Of a stretch of DNA of 64,000 nucleotides, positions 45,293-55,935 are shown piece by piece; position 1 is the first letter of the stretch; every line of letters starts with the position of its first letter. Below the pieces are notes generated by a model. The model saw only the letters and a list, made by a program, of their open reading frames with translations, was not told the origin of the DNA and did not search any database. This stretch comes from a virus (Duplodnaviria; Caudoviricetes): IMG/VR virus record IMGVR_UViG_3300033072_001172, positions 1 through 64,000 of that record. The stretch is one strand, 5' to 3'. The position numbers and the translations under genes were made by a program.

Positions 45293-45649
45293 ATGTCGAA
45301 CGCCATTGCCAAAGTAAAACGTGTGTCAGTACGGCGACGGCTTGAAAACGTCAGACGTGATCCGAACAGCACGTTCTTCGGTAAGAACGTAAAGGTCGCC
45401 AACGTTCTCAGGTTGAGGGAAGCATTGTCCTCGGAGAACCTTCGCGAGATCGTTGCTCATCTTCTTAATGTCCGTCCGGCGAACGTATCGAGTGCTGTCG
45501 CCCAGCTGACACTTGACCAGTTGTCGAAGTTGCGGGAACTGGTCCAGAAGGTCAGCCGGCAACTGCATCGGGAAGTTGCTCGCCAACGGTGGGAAGCGAC
45601 AATGTCTCCGCCGAAGAAGGCACCGTCCAATGCCGCTCAGTCGGTCTGA
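45293..45649 (+). CDS. basic hypothetical protein
   Basis: 118 aa, coupled. Confidence 0.6.
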   Translation: MSNAIAKVKRVSVRRRLENVRRDPNSTFFGKNVKVANVLRLREALSSENLREIVAHLLNVRPANVSSAVAQLTLDQLSKLRELVQKVSRQLHREVARQRWEATMSPPKKAPSNAAQSV

Positions 45650-46712
45650 ACTGGCCGCTAAGTACGCGCTATCCGAGCAAACGCTCGTTCAGCTTGAGGA
45701 GCTGGACGACAGCCCGTTGATTGACGGTTCCAATCAGAAAACAGTCCGTGGACGCATCGTCTACGAAGTAACACCGGAACTTGATCGCTGGCTGCGGGTT
45801 GGCCGCACGCAGTTCACCCAGTTCCGTGGCCGGCTGATGCCGTGTCAGCGCGCCATTTTCAGCGCACTGATCGCAGAGGCCGACGTAACACGGGCCTACT
45901 CGTCCTTGCGTGAGCGCGGGGTCATTCCGCCGTTCATGAACGCGAACTTGATCGGCGTGTACTGGCAGGAACTTTTGCGCCTGGCGCCACCGGAATGCTT
46001 GCCCTTTCTTACCGGCCAGCAGCAGGAGCCTGATGACCTCAGCAGGTTGATGATGCAGCAGCTGGGCATTCTGGATGCGTTCGAGGATCCGGAGCGTCTG
46101 GCGGAGAAGTTTTACTGGCTGAACACACCTGATCTTCGCGTGCTCACAGACGCGTTTCTGGCCGTGCAGTCGGACACCCAAACCTTGAAGAAGTACCTGT
46201 CGGATGCGCATCGTTTCGATGTGACGGATGCGAGTATCCGCGAGTATCGCCGGTACTTTTTCGACATCGCCGTTTGCGGCATGGAGGGCGCCGCGGCCTT
46301 TGCCGACCTGGCAGCGTCACCACAATACCGGAGCGTGGTCGGTAACGCTTTGCGCGATGGCACCCTGGGCTCCGTGGTGTCCGAGCTGAAACTGAGCTCG
46401 TTGATCGACCATCGAATTTCGTTGGAGGCCGCCCTCACACGCAGCCGCGCGTTTGTGGCGACCAACCCGAGCAAAAGCGCCGGAGTACAGGCGCAGGTCG
46501 GCGCGTTCAAGGCCATGCAGGACCTGTACTACACCGTACACACGCTTGAGCACGCCAAGGACAAGGATGAGGGGACAAGCGACGCCGCGATGATGGAAAT
46601 CCTGAAGCTGAAGCACAACCAGACCGTCAACGAGAATCAGCTGTCGATTAACGACATTCCAAAAGAGGCACGCGATGCCATTGTCACTGGTCCGGTCAAA
46701 GCCAGATCATAA
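45630..46712 (+). CDS. hypothetical protein, possible terminase small subunit
   Basis: MPLSRSEL...; helical, directly upstream of TerL (positional inference only). Confidence 0.5.
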   Translation: MPLSRSELAAKYALSEQTLVQLEELDDSPLIDGSNQKTVRGRIVYEVTPELDRWLRVGRTQFTQFRGRLMPCQRAIFSALIAEADVTRAYSSLRERGVIPPFMNANLIGVYWQELLRLAPPECLPFLTGQQQEPDDLSRLMMQQLGILDAFEDPERLAEKFYWLNTPDLRVLTDAFLAVQSDTQTLKKYLSDAHRFDVTDASIREYRRYFFDIAVCGMEGAAAFADLAASPQYRSVVGNALRDGTLGSVVSELKLSSLIDHRISLEAALTRSRAFVATNPSKSAGVQAQVGAFKAMQDLYYTVHTLEHAKDKDEGTSDAAMMEILKLKHNQTVNENQLSINDIPKEARDAIVTGPVKARS

Positions 46713-48309
46713 TGACGAAGCCGCCGTCATTGCCAGCTATACCGACGCGTTTCGGAATCTGATTTACGTTCAACGCGATAAACGCTTCGACGTCGACAGC
46801 CGTCAGTATCTCCCGGTACTGCTTGAGTCGTCGGCACCTGAGTTCACGCTCAAGTGTGGACGCCAGGTAGGCAAGACACAAACCATCTGCGGAATTTTAG
46901 GCCTGCACGGCGCCACGACGCCAGGCTACGCCCACATGTACATCACGCCGCGAGGCGATCAGGCCAAGGACGTGTCACGTAATAAGTTTTCGACGATGAT
47001 GCGCGACTCACCCTTTCTGCACAAGTTCGTGCCCGGTCAGCGTTCACGTGATGAGTCGTGGCAGCTGGGCATGAAGATGCTGAAGAACGGCGCTCATTTC
47101 TATTTCATGTCCGCGTACCACACAGCGGACGCCATCCGCGGGCGTTCGGCCGGCTACCTGGTAAAGGACGAAATCCAGGACTTGATCGCCGACCACATGG
47201 CGCCGATTGACGAGTGCGCAGCCAACTTTCCTGACGCCAGGTTCTTTAACTGCGGTACCCCCAAGACATTTCAGAATCTTCTGGAACAAAAATGGCAGCG
47301 CTCCACCCAGGCGGAATGGCTGGTCAAGTGCGCCGCGTGCGGTCATTGGAACTTCCAGGATCACAAGATCCTCGGCAAGAAGCACTACGTGTGCGTGAAA
47401 TGTGGCGGGCAGATCCGCATCGAGAACGGTCAGTGGGTCATGGGCAACCCGGATCGTTTTTCGGTTCATCAGGGTTTTCGGATCTCCCAGTTCATGAACC
47501 CGAACACACGCTACTGGCGTCTGATTGAGAAGCTGGAGACATACCCGTTTGCCCAGTTCTGTAACGAAGTTCTCGGGATCAGCTATGCGGAAGGCGATGT
47601 CGTTCTCACCAGGGACGACATTCTGAACGCGTGCGATGACAATACGCCGATGTTGCGTCGGGTCCCGACAAGATTCGGCATCGTTGTGCATGGCGGGGTT
47701 GACCACGGTACCGGTAACATGGCGGCCAAACGGGCCCGCGGTCTCACACAGGCCTCGTTCACTGTGGTTGCTACCGGCGGGTTTGACAGTGAAGGACGTT
47801 TTCGCGTGTTGTCGTTGCAACGACTGACCGGATCGGATTCTGATCTGTCGGCCCAGCCGGCTGTCATCAATAACATCCTGCGCAAGATGAACTGTCGCTT
47901 CGTGATCTCTGACTGGGGGTTTGGTGCGCCAAATAACCGCCGGCTCATCAACGAATTCGCCTGGGACCCGTCGCGGTTTTTTGAGATCCAGGAGTCGGAC
48001 TCATTGGGCAAGTTTGTGGCGTGGAACGACGCCGCCGGACGGTACATCGTCAATCGCAGCGAGATGTTCATGAAGGTCATTGACGACATCAAAAATCGGC
48101 GCATCGTGTTTCCGCGGCGCCAGGACATGGAGCCGTTCATTCAGGACTTCACGTCGATTTACGTCGAGCTCGACGCCGACCACAACAAACGCCGGTACGA
48201 TCACACCAACCCGGATGACGCCTTCCACGCGGTGGCCTTTGCGTATCTGGCCGCGTTAATGGACGCCGGGCTGCTGAGCAGATTCAATCTGGTACCGGAT
48301 GTGACTTGA
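46675..48309 (+). CDS. terminase large subunit (GpA-like)
   Basis: KCGRQVGKT Walker A, LVKDEIQD Walker B, GTPK, CAACGH/CVKCG Zn finger, GVDHG and PDDAFHA nuclease motifs. Confidence 0.9.
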   Translation: MPLSLVRSKPDHNDEAAVIASYTDAFRNLIYVQRDKRFDVDSRQYLPVLLESSAPEFTLKCGRQVGKTQTICGILGLHGATTPGYAHMYITPRGDQAKDVSRNKFSTMMRDSPFLHKFVPGQRSRDESWQLGMKMLKNGAHFYFMSAYHTADAIRGRSAGYLVKDEIQDLIADHMAPIDECAANFPDARFFNCGTPKTFQNLLEQKWQRSTQAEWLVKCAACGHWNFQDHKILGKKHYVCVKCGGQIRIENGQWVMGNPDRFSVHQGFRISQFMNPNTRYWRLIEKLETYPFAQFCNEVLGISYAEGDVVLTRDDILNACDDNTPMLRRVPTRFGIVVHGGVDHGTGNMAAKRARGLTQASFTVVATGGFDSEGRFRVLSLQRLTGSDSDLSAQPAVINNILRKMNCRFVISDWGFGAPNNRRLINEFAWDPSRFFEIQESDSLGKFVAWNDAAGRYIVNRSEMFMKVIDDIKNRRIVFPRRQDMEPFIQDFTSIYVELDADHNKRRYDHTNPDDAFHAVAFAYLAALMDAGLLSRFNLVPDVT

Positions 48310-48347
48310 AAGTAAGGGCCCGGTGTAGATTATTTAGGCTGACGACC

Positions 48348-49913
48348 ATGCGTAACTGCCTGACGAAAGCATCGCTTTTCGAGCCCAAGAAATCCGAGAC
48401 ATTCTCGGCTGTTGGTCCTTACAAGACCAAACAGCAGTGGCTTCCTTCCGCCGGGAAAGGTGTGCCTGGCGAAATGATCAACCTGGTGAAGACCCCGCGG
48501 GCCAAATCGCTCGATGAACTGAGCGCCCAGGATCCGGTGGCCCAGGCCATGCAGACGCTCCTGCTGATGCAGCTGGTGGCCGGTCAGTCCGGCAACAAAC
48601 CGATGATCGGTCCGGAAGCTGCCGGGCCGCTCATTGGCGCCCAGCTGTTGACGGATGACAAGAAGACTGCGGCGGCCGACAAACCAGACAAACTGGAGGA
48701 GCTTGCCGGTAAAGGCATACACGGTTACGCCAAGAATATCGTCAAGCAGCTGACTCCTGAGCACTACGCGGCCGCCGGCGGCAGCACGACCGAAGAAACA
48801 GTGCGGAACCTGGTAGAGGACATCATCCCGCGGCAGCTGGTGCGCGAACACGCCGCCCGCCTCGGGCGCGGCAACGTTGATCTCGGCAGCCGCATGCTCG
48901 AACAATACCTGTCGGCGTCCCTGCAGGACACTGGCGAAACTCTGCCGCGAGTGCTGACCCGCATGCTGACCGGACACGTGCAGGGTATGCGCGAGGCCGA
49001 CAAACAGAAGGCCATGCTGGACTTGAACATTGACGCTGGATTGCCGCACAAAACCAAAGCCGCCCCCTCGTGGCTTGACATCATCAAGAAGAACGCGCCG
49101 AAACCGGAACATGATCCGAACCGCGGACAGCATGCGTTGTCTCCGGCAGACGATGTGTCCAAGTACGGTTCGGCGCCTGGTTCGATTCCGTACCGGCCGG
49201 AAGTTCTGCAGGAAAAGTTGGCGACATTCTTGGGAACAACCAAAAAAGTTCTCACACACCCATTGACGCTCGGTCTCGGCGCCGCGGCCATGCCTGTCGT
49301 TCTCGATAGTGCGTGGCCGTCGATTTTGGCCGGTGGGCTCGGCGTGGCTGGCGGTGCATTGGCCCATCATATGATGGGCCCGCGCAAACTCGATCTGTCC
49401 GACAAGAAGATCGATCCGTTTTACCAACCGGTCGACGGCAAGGCTCGCGCGTTGACGGTTGATCCGGACATCCTGCGGACGGTGTTTGCCGAGAATCCTC
49501 AAGTCGGCGCCCTGGCACGGTCAGTAGACCCTAAGACACTGGCTATGTTGGGAGCTGCAGGAGATCCGACTGTCAGCGGTAAGTTCCGGCGGTTCATGGC
49601 GCACATCAGCGGACAGGGACGCGCGCTGGACAATGCCGAACAAGTACTCAAGCACATCGTGTATGCAACTCACGGTGATGTCGGCCGGAAAGACTGGCGA
49701 GACCACCTGGAGACGATTACCGGGCAGCAGGGGCACCGCTCTGGTGAATTCCTGTCGGACATTCTGCGGTCAGCCACCGGTAACCGCGGGGCGCTTGGCG
49801 GCATGAGCGCCGCCAGGTCGTTGTTCGGTAACATGAACATCAAGGACGATTTTGGTGACCAGGTGCGTCAGCTTCTGCTGCAGCGTCTGGCGGTACCGGC
49901 TCAAGCGAGGTAG
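48348..49913 (+). CDS. putative virion (internal) protein
   Basis: 521 aa, KxA motifs, Gly-rich hydrophobic helices. Confidence 0.65.
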   Translation: MRNCLTKASLFEPKKSETFSAVGPYKTKQQWLPSAGKGVPGEMINLVKTPRAKSLDELSAQDPVAQAMQTLLLMQLVAGQSGNKPMIGPEAAGPLIGAQLLTDDKKTAAADKPDKLEELAGKGIHGYAKNIVKQLTPEHYAAAGGSTTEETVRNLVEDIIPRQLVREHAARLGRGNVDLGSRMLEQYLSASLQDTGETLPRVLTRMLTGHVQGMREADKQKAMLDLNIDAGLPHKTKAAPSWLDIIKKNAPKPEHDPNRGQHALSPADDVSKYGSAPGSIPYRPEVLQEKLATFLGTTKKVLTHPLTLGLGAAAMPVVLDSAWPSILAGGLGVAGGALAHHMMGPRKLDLSDKKIDPFYQPVDGKARALTVDPDILRTVFAENPQVGALARSVDPKTLAMLGAAGDPTVSGKFRRFMAHISGQGRALDNAEQVLKHIVYATHGDVGRKDWRDHLETITGQQGHRSGEFLSDILRSATGNRGALGGMSAARSLFGNMNIKDDFGDQVRQLLLQRLAVPAQAR

Positions 49914-49915
49914 GC

Positions 49916-51115
49916 ATGCAGCTGACCAACATGCGCGTTACTGACTTCGCCCGTCAGGCGGCCGACGGCTACCTGGAGAACGGTGGCGACCTCAACAAGG
50001 CCGTGGCCAAATTGGCCAAGGACAACGAACTCACGCCGATGCAGATCCAGCGTGTCGTGGAAGCCGCGAACCATGAAGTGAACGCCCGGCAGTACAAGAC
50101 CGCGGAGGACAAGCGCTTCGTGTTTGAACTGGCTTCCCGCGACAAGGTGATGGAGTTGCTCGGCACCAAGGAAGCAGAGAGTGTGAAGACCGCCGCTGCT
50201 GACGTGGAATCGTTCTATGTGCTGGAACGTGATCGCCGGCAGCCGCCGCACACCAAGATTGCCTCGACCGATGATGCCGCCCGTTCGAAAGAAGGGCTGT
50301 ACACGCGCATGAACGATGTGTCGGCCGGCCGTGACGCGGCGCTGCACATGCTGGAGCGTTGCTACGCCAAGCTCAGCGAATATTCGCGCGATGTTCGTGC
50401 GGAAAAACTGGCTGTCGACCTGCGCCGCAACGAGAACTTCACCAAGTTCGTCAAAGAGGCGCAGCGGCTGATGCTGGAAGAGAACATCCCGTTCCACTTC
50501 ATGTTCAGTGGCTCACCCGGGCTGATCCACCCGGAAGTGAAGGAGGCCATTTTCAAGGACGCACACGCGCAGTTGACCAAGCGCGCCAACTCCGTTGAAA
50601 AAGCGTTGCTGGCCAAGTTTGACCCCAAGGCCAGCAAGGAAATGGGCATGGAGGTGGTTAACGGAAACCAGCCCCTGTTCATTCATCTGCGAGCGACCGC
50701 TGGTGACGCCATCAACAGTTTCGGCGTCGGCTGCGTGAGCGACGCTGTGAACAACTGCCTGGCCGGCGTGGTTACCGCGATTCACCAGTTGAACAGCGAC
50801 AAGGACGTCAAGCGTTACATCGAGCAGGAAGTCCAGCCATTCGCCAACAACGTGCAGCGTGGCGTCAAGTACGCCATGGCGTACGTGCGCGAACACGCCA
50901 ACGACAATACCTGGCTGGCCAAAACTGCGAACTGGTCCGGTGTGGTGTCCATGCTGGACAAAATCGGCCGGATCTTCCAGCTGATCAACCAGGGCGGGCA
51001 GGCCGCGGAATCGGCCGGTGGCAACATGTCTCGCTACGTGCGTGATCTCATGTCCCCCGCGTTCGTGGAAGGTGGTCAGATCATCAACTCGACCGGACTG
51101 TCCAAGGCAAAGTAA
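49916..51115 (+). CDS. putative head protein
   Basis: LNKAVAKLA...QIQRVVEAAN; many KxA. Confidence 0.7.
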   Translation: MQLTNMRVTDFARQAADGYLENGGDLNKAVAKLAKDNELTPMQIQRVVEAANHEVNARQYKTAEDKRFVFELASRDKVMELLGTKEAESVKTAAADVESFYVLERDRRQPPHTKIASTDDAARSKEGLYTRMNDVSAGRDAALHMLERCYAKLSEYSRDVRAEKLAVDLRRNENFTKFVKEAQRLMLEENIPFHFMFSGSPGLIHPEVKEAIFKDAHAQLTKRANSVEKALLAKFDPKASKEMGMEVVNGNQPLFIHLRATAGDAINSFGVGCVSDAVNNCLAGVVTAIHQLNSDKDVKRYIEQEVQPFANNVQRGVKYAMAYVREHANDNTWLAKTANWSGVVSMLDKIGRIFQLINQGGQAAESAGGNMSRYVRDLMSPAFVEGGQIINSTGLSKAK

Positions 51116-51118
51116 CTG

Positions 51119-51748
51119 ATGATGCTCAAGCACGCTTACGCGCCATTGTTCCGGATTACGGACCTCTCACGGGATGACGAGGTGGCCGCAGTTCGCTTCG
51201 CCACACATATCGCGAAGCTGGCGATCAGCGGGGACACTGCCGGCCTGGAGTGCTTCGTAAAGGAAGCGTTCGCGGGGGTTCGCCCGGAGGCTCTTGCGGA
51301 GCTGACCGCGCTCGCCCAGGTGTTTGTGAACCACGGAACCGCCACGGAGAAACGTGCCTTTTCGCCGATGATGTCAGGCCTGCAGGCGTCCCTGGCCGCG
51401 CTGCCCATGAAGGAGCTGCAGAAACTGCGCGAACAGGAAGCCAAACGCAGCGAGGCACTGGCCCAGGCGCTGGCGGAAGTGGTCAAGACGCATCCGCACC
51501 TGGCCAGCGACCCGAAGACCTTGGCGGAACATTTTGACGTCATGGCGCGGTTCGCCCCTGATGTTGCATCATCGTCGGTGCTGTCGGGGAACATTCTGAG
51601 CCAGCTGCACAAACTGGGCCCGGGCGCTTTGACACACCAAATGATCAGCGAATTGCGTAAGATTCAAGAAGGGATGGACGCCGAACGCCAGAATCGTGTC
51701 AAGCAGACCATCGACGCTGTTTCGCCGTTTACCCGACTGCCGTCATGA
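51119..51748 (+). CDS. putative head protein
   Basis: KHA, KLA, KEA, KRA motifs. Confidence 0.7.
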   Translation: MMLKHAYAPLFRITDLSRDDEVAAVRFATHIAKLAISGDTAGLECFVKEAFAGVRPEALAELTALAQVFVNHGTATEKRAFSPMMSGLQASLAALPMKELQKLREQEAKRSEALAQALAEVVKTHPHLASDPKTLAEHFDVMARFAPDVASSSVLSGNILSQLHKLGPGALTHQMISELRKIQEGMDAERQNRVKQTIDAVSPFTRLPS

Positions 51749-53157
51749 GTGAGCAGCCCACAGTTGAGTACCAGGCACCGGACGCCAATGTCACGTTCTC
51801 ACGTGATGTTGGTGGTCCGTTTCGGTCAGATGACCCGGCGATCCTCAACACCTCGGAGCAATCAGGGTACACACCGGGGCGCGGTCTCGCTGCGTTCACG
51901 ACTGGTGCGCTGAGCGCCGCCGCACTGCAGCCGCTGATCGCGATGCTGATGGGCGTCAAGAAAAGCCCGTTGAACTTGAGGAAACTTATGGCGATTGCCG
52001 GTCTTTCTGGTGCCAGCGCAACTGGCCTGGACTACATGCGCGAAAAGATCCGCTCCGCCGTGGACAAACCCAAACACGTCAAGCGTGCCCAGATGACGGA
52101 GTCGGAGCTGATCGACACACTGTGGGTGACAAAGCTGGCGGCCGGATATCGTACTATCGATCCGAATGCTCCGTTCATCGGCGGCAGCGGTGGTGGTAGC
52201 GCGTCCGCACCAGGGACTCCTCCGCGCGGCATTCCGCTTCCGCCGCAACCGGTCGCTACGACGGCCGCAACACCGACCGCGCCGCCGCTTAGTCGGCACC
52301 CCAGCGATGTGGACGCTCGCTCCGTTTTGAAAAACAAAGCGGTGCAACGTGCCCGCTTGAGTGGCACGGGACCGGCAAGGGGTTACTCGACGTTCGATGC
52401 TATCGATAAGCTGAAGCAACAGCGTCTCCAGCAGCCGACAATTCTGCCCGTATACGGGACCATGCCCTGGTCACGCGGTAATGAACAAGCATCGGCTGCT
52501 ACTGCGCCGACCTCTGTGCCGGCTGCTGCTGCGCCGACCGCTGCTGTTATGCCGACTGCCACGCCGGCCTCCGCACCGGCCTCCGCACCGGCCTCCGCAC
52601 CGACCGCTTCTGGTGACCTCAGCACGTTGGAGACACCAAAAGATGTATTTAAGAGGCACATCGAGGCCGCGCGTGCCGACGTGCGTAACGCGTTGCCCGA
52701 ACTTTACAGTCAAGGTGCGGTCGATAACGCCACACTGGCGCGCGGGCTGGGTATAGCACAGCCAGGCCTGTGGAACTTCCTTAAGGATCATGCTTCCATA
52801 GATCCGCGGACAATTATCCACGGCAAAGCTCGACGCGGACAGAATGAGTTTTTGGACACGCTTCGGCCATCGCTACTGGGTCGCGCACAGAAAGGTGAAG
52901 TGTCGGACGTTGCCAATCCGTTGCTCGTCCCGTCTGCCGGCAAGGCCCCGGCAGAGAAAGAGCTGCCGGCAGAGTCTGACGGCACATTTGACATCAAACA
53001 GATGATGCCGTTGCTGATGCTGAGCCAGCTTGGCGGTCAAGGCGGTCAAGGCGGATTCGGCAACATGATCAACATGATGATGATGCTGCCGATGCAGATG
53101 AAGTTCATGGAGCGCGCGATGCGCGGGATGGAAGGACCGAAGAAAGGCAAGCTGTAA
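51745..53157 (+). CDS. P/A/T-rich putative virion protein
   Basis: ASAP repeats, Met-rich C-terminus. Confidence 0.65.
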   Translation: MSEQPTVEYQAPDANVTFSRDVGGPFRSDDPAILNTSEQSGYTPGRGLAAFTTGALSAAALQPLIAMLMGVKKSPLNLRKLMAIAGLSGASATGLDYMREKIRSAVDKPKHVKRAQMTESELIDTLWVTKLAAGYRTIDPNAPFIGGSGGGSASAPGTPPRGIPLPPQPVATTAATPTAPPLSRHPSDVDARSVLKNKAVQRARLSGTGPARGYSTFDAIDKLKQQRLQQPTILPVYGTMPWSRGNEQASAATAPTSVPAAAAPTAAVMPTATPASAPASAPASAPTASGDLSTLETPKDVFKRHIEAARADVRNALPELYSQGAVDNATLARGLGIAQPGLWNFLKDHASIDPRTIIHGKARRGQNEFLDTLRPSLLGRAQKGEVSDVANPLLVPSAGKAPAEKELPAESDGTFDIKQMMPLLMLSQLGGQGGQGGFGNMINMMMMLPMQMKFMERAMRGMEGPKKGKL

Positions 53158-55889
53158 TGAGCTTCGTCAAATTCGTTGATCCTTGTGTGGACTTCGGCGA
53201 GGCGCCCGCGGTGGATATGTTCAGCCGCAGCTGGGCGAAGCTGGCGTCGTCCACGTACATGCCGGCCGAAGTCGAACAGTTCCTCAAGACAGCCAGGCCT
53301 GTGCCTGGACACCGTCTGTTGCTGGTTCATGGTCTGGGATCCAGTGAGTACTATGGGGCGAATCGTAACGGCGACGCCTTTCCTGAGATGTGGAAAGGCG
53401 CCAAGAACCTCATCGAGGACAACGTTGACCGCGGCTACGGGTTCAAGACGTTTGAGAAGAACGCACACACCTACCGTGATCACCGCAACCATGACCCGAA
53501 GCTCAGCATTGGCGGCAAGGTCAAGCTGGCTGCCTGGAACGACAAGATGCACCGGGTTGAGCTGGTGATTCCTGTCAGCGAGAAGCTGGCCGGTGACGTG
53601 GTCGATGCGATTGACCGCGGCATGAAGATTGCCGTCAGCATGGGGTGTTTCATCGCGGGCACATTGATCACGATGGCGGATGGCTCGCGCAAACCGATCG
53701 AGCAGATTCAGGTCGGTGACCGTGTGCTGACGCATCACGGCCGCGCACGGCCAGTCACGGAGCTGCACAAGCGTCCGTACGACGGTGTGTTTTTCGCGAT
53801 TCGCCCAGAAGCACACGAACCGTTTGTGTGCACGCAAGAGCACCCGCTGCTCGTGGTTGACCGCGACCAGGTAAAAAAGGACAAGTCAGGCGGTCCGCGT
53901 TGGGTGACTCGCGAAGAAGCGGAGCAGCTGGAGCCGAAGTGGCTTCATGCCGAGTGCTTCGACCCGGAGCAGCACTACCTGCTCGAACCGGTACCGACCG
54001 ACGTGTTGACCCCGGAGTACGCGACGCGTGCGTTTGCCCGTCTGCTTGGCTATTACGTCGCTGAAGGCCATGTTCTGCGCAACAAAGACAAGCAGATCTG
54101 CGGTGTCGAGTTCACGGTCAACAAGTCCGACCAGTTTTTGACGGAAGTTGACGAGCTCTGTGCTGCGTACGGCACGAAGAACAAACCGGTTGTCCGCCAG
54201 CGCGACAACACGGAGCATGCTGTTTGCGTGCAGGTGTTCGATGCCGAGTTTGCCGAACGATGCTACGCGCACGGCGGGTCTTACGCCAAGAACAAGAAGC
54301 TGTCCGAGTCGTTCATGGCGTGGCATCCGGAAATCCAGCGCGAGTTCATCGGTGCGTTCGCTGAGGGTGATGGCTGCGGCCCTGACGACGGTACGCTGCG
54401 TCTCTCCACCGGATCCGATGCTCTGGCGTGGCAGCTCCTGCAGGTGCTGGCGCGGCTCGACATCTGCGCTTCGATCAGCTGCTTGACCCACAAGGCCGGT
54501 TCAGGTTTCTCGACCAACACCACGTATGAGTGGGTGTTGCATGTCGGGAAGCAGTGGGCACAGCGCCTGCGTGATGTCTGCTCCAAGATTCAGCACGCTG
54601 ACGTGGCGTTGACCAAGAACTCTCGCCTGCATGCGGGCAACTACATCATCACTCCGGTGCGTGAACTTGAAGCCTATCGCGCCCAGACCGACGTCTACAA
54701 CTTCGAAGTGGATGAGGACGAATCGTACGTGGCGGCCGGCGTCGCCGTGCATAACTGCCGTGTGCCATTTGACGTCTGCAGCATTTGCGGCAACAAGGCC
54801 AAGCATCGTGGCCAATACTGCAAGCACGCCGCTTACCAGATGAATGATGTGCTTGACGACGGGCGCAAGGTGTACGTCGATAACCCGCAACCGAACTTCT
54901 TCGACATTTCTGTCCTGGGGCATCAGGGCCAGGGTCGTCCGGCCGACGCATCGGCCTACTCGATCATGAAAGTGGCCAACCACGAAGTGAAAATTTTCCG
55001 CGGATTCAGCCCCGCAAAGAAGGCCGACGAGAAGAAGTCAGACATCAATAAGGAGATCCCGGCGACCGGTGAGGGTCTGCCGGAACTTGAAGCTCCGGCG
55101 ACATCAGAAAAGCGGGGCCCGTTTGCCCGCTCTGAACTGGAGCTGACGCCGGAAAAACTGATGGAAATGATCCGTCAGATCCTGCCGATCGACATGGACA
55201 CCGCCGATGGCCCGTCGCCACAGTGTGTTATCACCATCCGGCGGACGATTGGTTTCGGCAAGGCGCCGAAGGAACAGGACGAAGCACACAAGGTTGCGGC
55301 GCTGTCAACGTTGACAGCCGCCGGCGCCATTCTTCGTCCGGAACTTCTCGACGAGCTGCAGCTGCATGACGTGGCCATTGACTTCAGCAAAGTGTCGGCC
55401 TCGATGCTATCGCTGTTGCGGCCCGAGATGCCTCGCTTTTCTTTGTGGTTGCCCTACTTCGGTGATCGCGTGTATCGTAACGTCAAACTGGCAACGACAC
55501 CGCGTCCCATTATGATGACCGACAAGTACGGTCAGTACCTCAACACCGTGAAGCACGCCTTGACCAACCGCAACAGCGTGGCCGAGCTGGTTAAGGCTGT
55601 CGAAAACAGCTTCAGCCTCAAGATGGCCATCGCACGTGACGACCTGGCGGAGTTGCAGAAGTTTGCAGCCAAAGGTTCAGGTGGGCCTGGCGGACTTAGT
55701 GCAGAAAATCTTGTCGCGGCCATGTTGGCACCGTTGCTCGCCGGTGCATACTTTAGAAGTCAGCAGTACTCCGGGACGCCAGTCGGACCGGTCCGCAGTT
55801 TTGTGGCGGACCACCCGGTGGCAACTGGAACATTGTCAGCGTTGCTGTGGCACAAACTGAAGGGCGGGCGTATCCCGCTCATGCAGTAG
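53157..55889 (+). CDS. prohead maturation protease (intein-containing)
   Basis: NRNGDAF, HRNHD, VSMG|CRVPFDVCSICGN...YCKH, FFDIS...PAD: serine protease of the herpes/HK97-like type, upstream of the capsid gene. Confidence 0.8.
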   Translation: MSFVKFVDPCVDFGEAPAVDMFSRSWAKLASSTYMPAEVEQFLKTARPVPGHRLLLVHGLGSSEYYGANRNGDAFPEMWKGAKNLIEDNVDRGYGFKTFEKNAHTYRDHRNHDPKLSIGGKVKLAAWNDKMHRVELVIPVSEKLAGDVVDAIDRGMKIAVSMGCFIAGTLITMADGSRKPIEQIQVGDRVLTHHGRARPVTELHKRPYDGVFFAIRPEAHEPFVCTQEHPLLVVDRDQVKKDKSGGPRWVTREEAEQLEPKWLHAECFDPEQHYLLEPVPTDVLTPEYATRAFARLLGYYVAEGHVLRNKDKQICGVEFTVNKSDQFLTEVDELCAAYGTKNKPVVRQRDNTEHAVCVQVFDAEFAERCYAHGGSYAKNKKLSESFMAWHPEIQREFIGAFAEGDGCGPDDGTLRLSTGSDALAWQLLQVLARLDICASISCLTHKAGSGFSTNTTYEWVLHVGKQWAQRLRDVCSKIQHADVALTKNSRLHAGNYIITPVRELEAYRAQTDVYNFEVDEDESYVAAGVAVHNCRVPFDVCSICGNKAKHRGQYCKHAAYQMNDVLDDGRKVYVDNPQPNFFDISVLGHQGQGRPADASAYSIMKVANHEVKIFRGFSPAKKADEKKSDINKEIPATGEGLPELEAPATSEKRGPFARSELELTPEKLMEMIRQILPIDMDTADGPSPQCVITIRRTIGFGKAPKEQDEAHKVAALSTLTAAGAILRPELLDELQLHDVAIDFSKVSASMLSLLRPEMPRFSLWLPYFGDRVYRNVKLATTPRPIMMTDKYGQYLNTVKHALTNRNSVAELVKAVENSFSLKMAIARDDLAELQKFAAKGSGGPGGLSAENLVAAMLAPLLAGAYFRSQQYSGTPVGPVRSFVADHPVATGTLSALLWHKLKGGRIPLMQ
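53646..54755 (+). mobile_element. canonical intein with LAGLIDADG endonuclease (370 aa)
   Basis: CFIAGTLITMADG, TQEHP, LLGYYVAEG, FIGAFAEGDG, VYNFEV...VHN/C. Confidence 0.95.
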
Positions 55890-55935
55890 CAGTCAGAGGG
55901 ACTTTGCCGCGCGTGCGGCCAATAGGGAGAAGAAA

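Noticed and set aside
52555-52610. 12-nt tandem repeats (also PGAQ near 29645 and MFAAF at 21804)
   Set aside because: Ordinary in-frame low-complexity repeats
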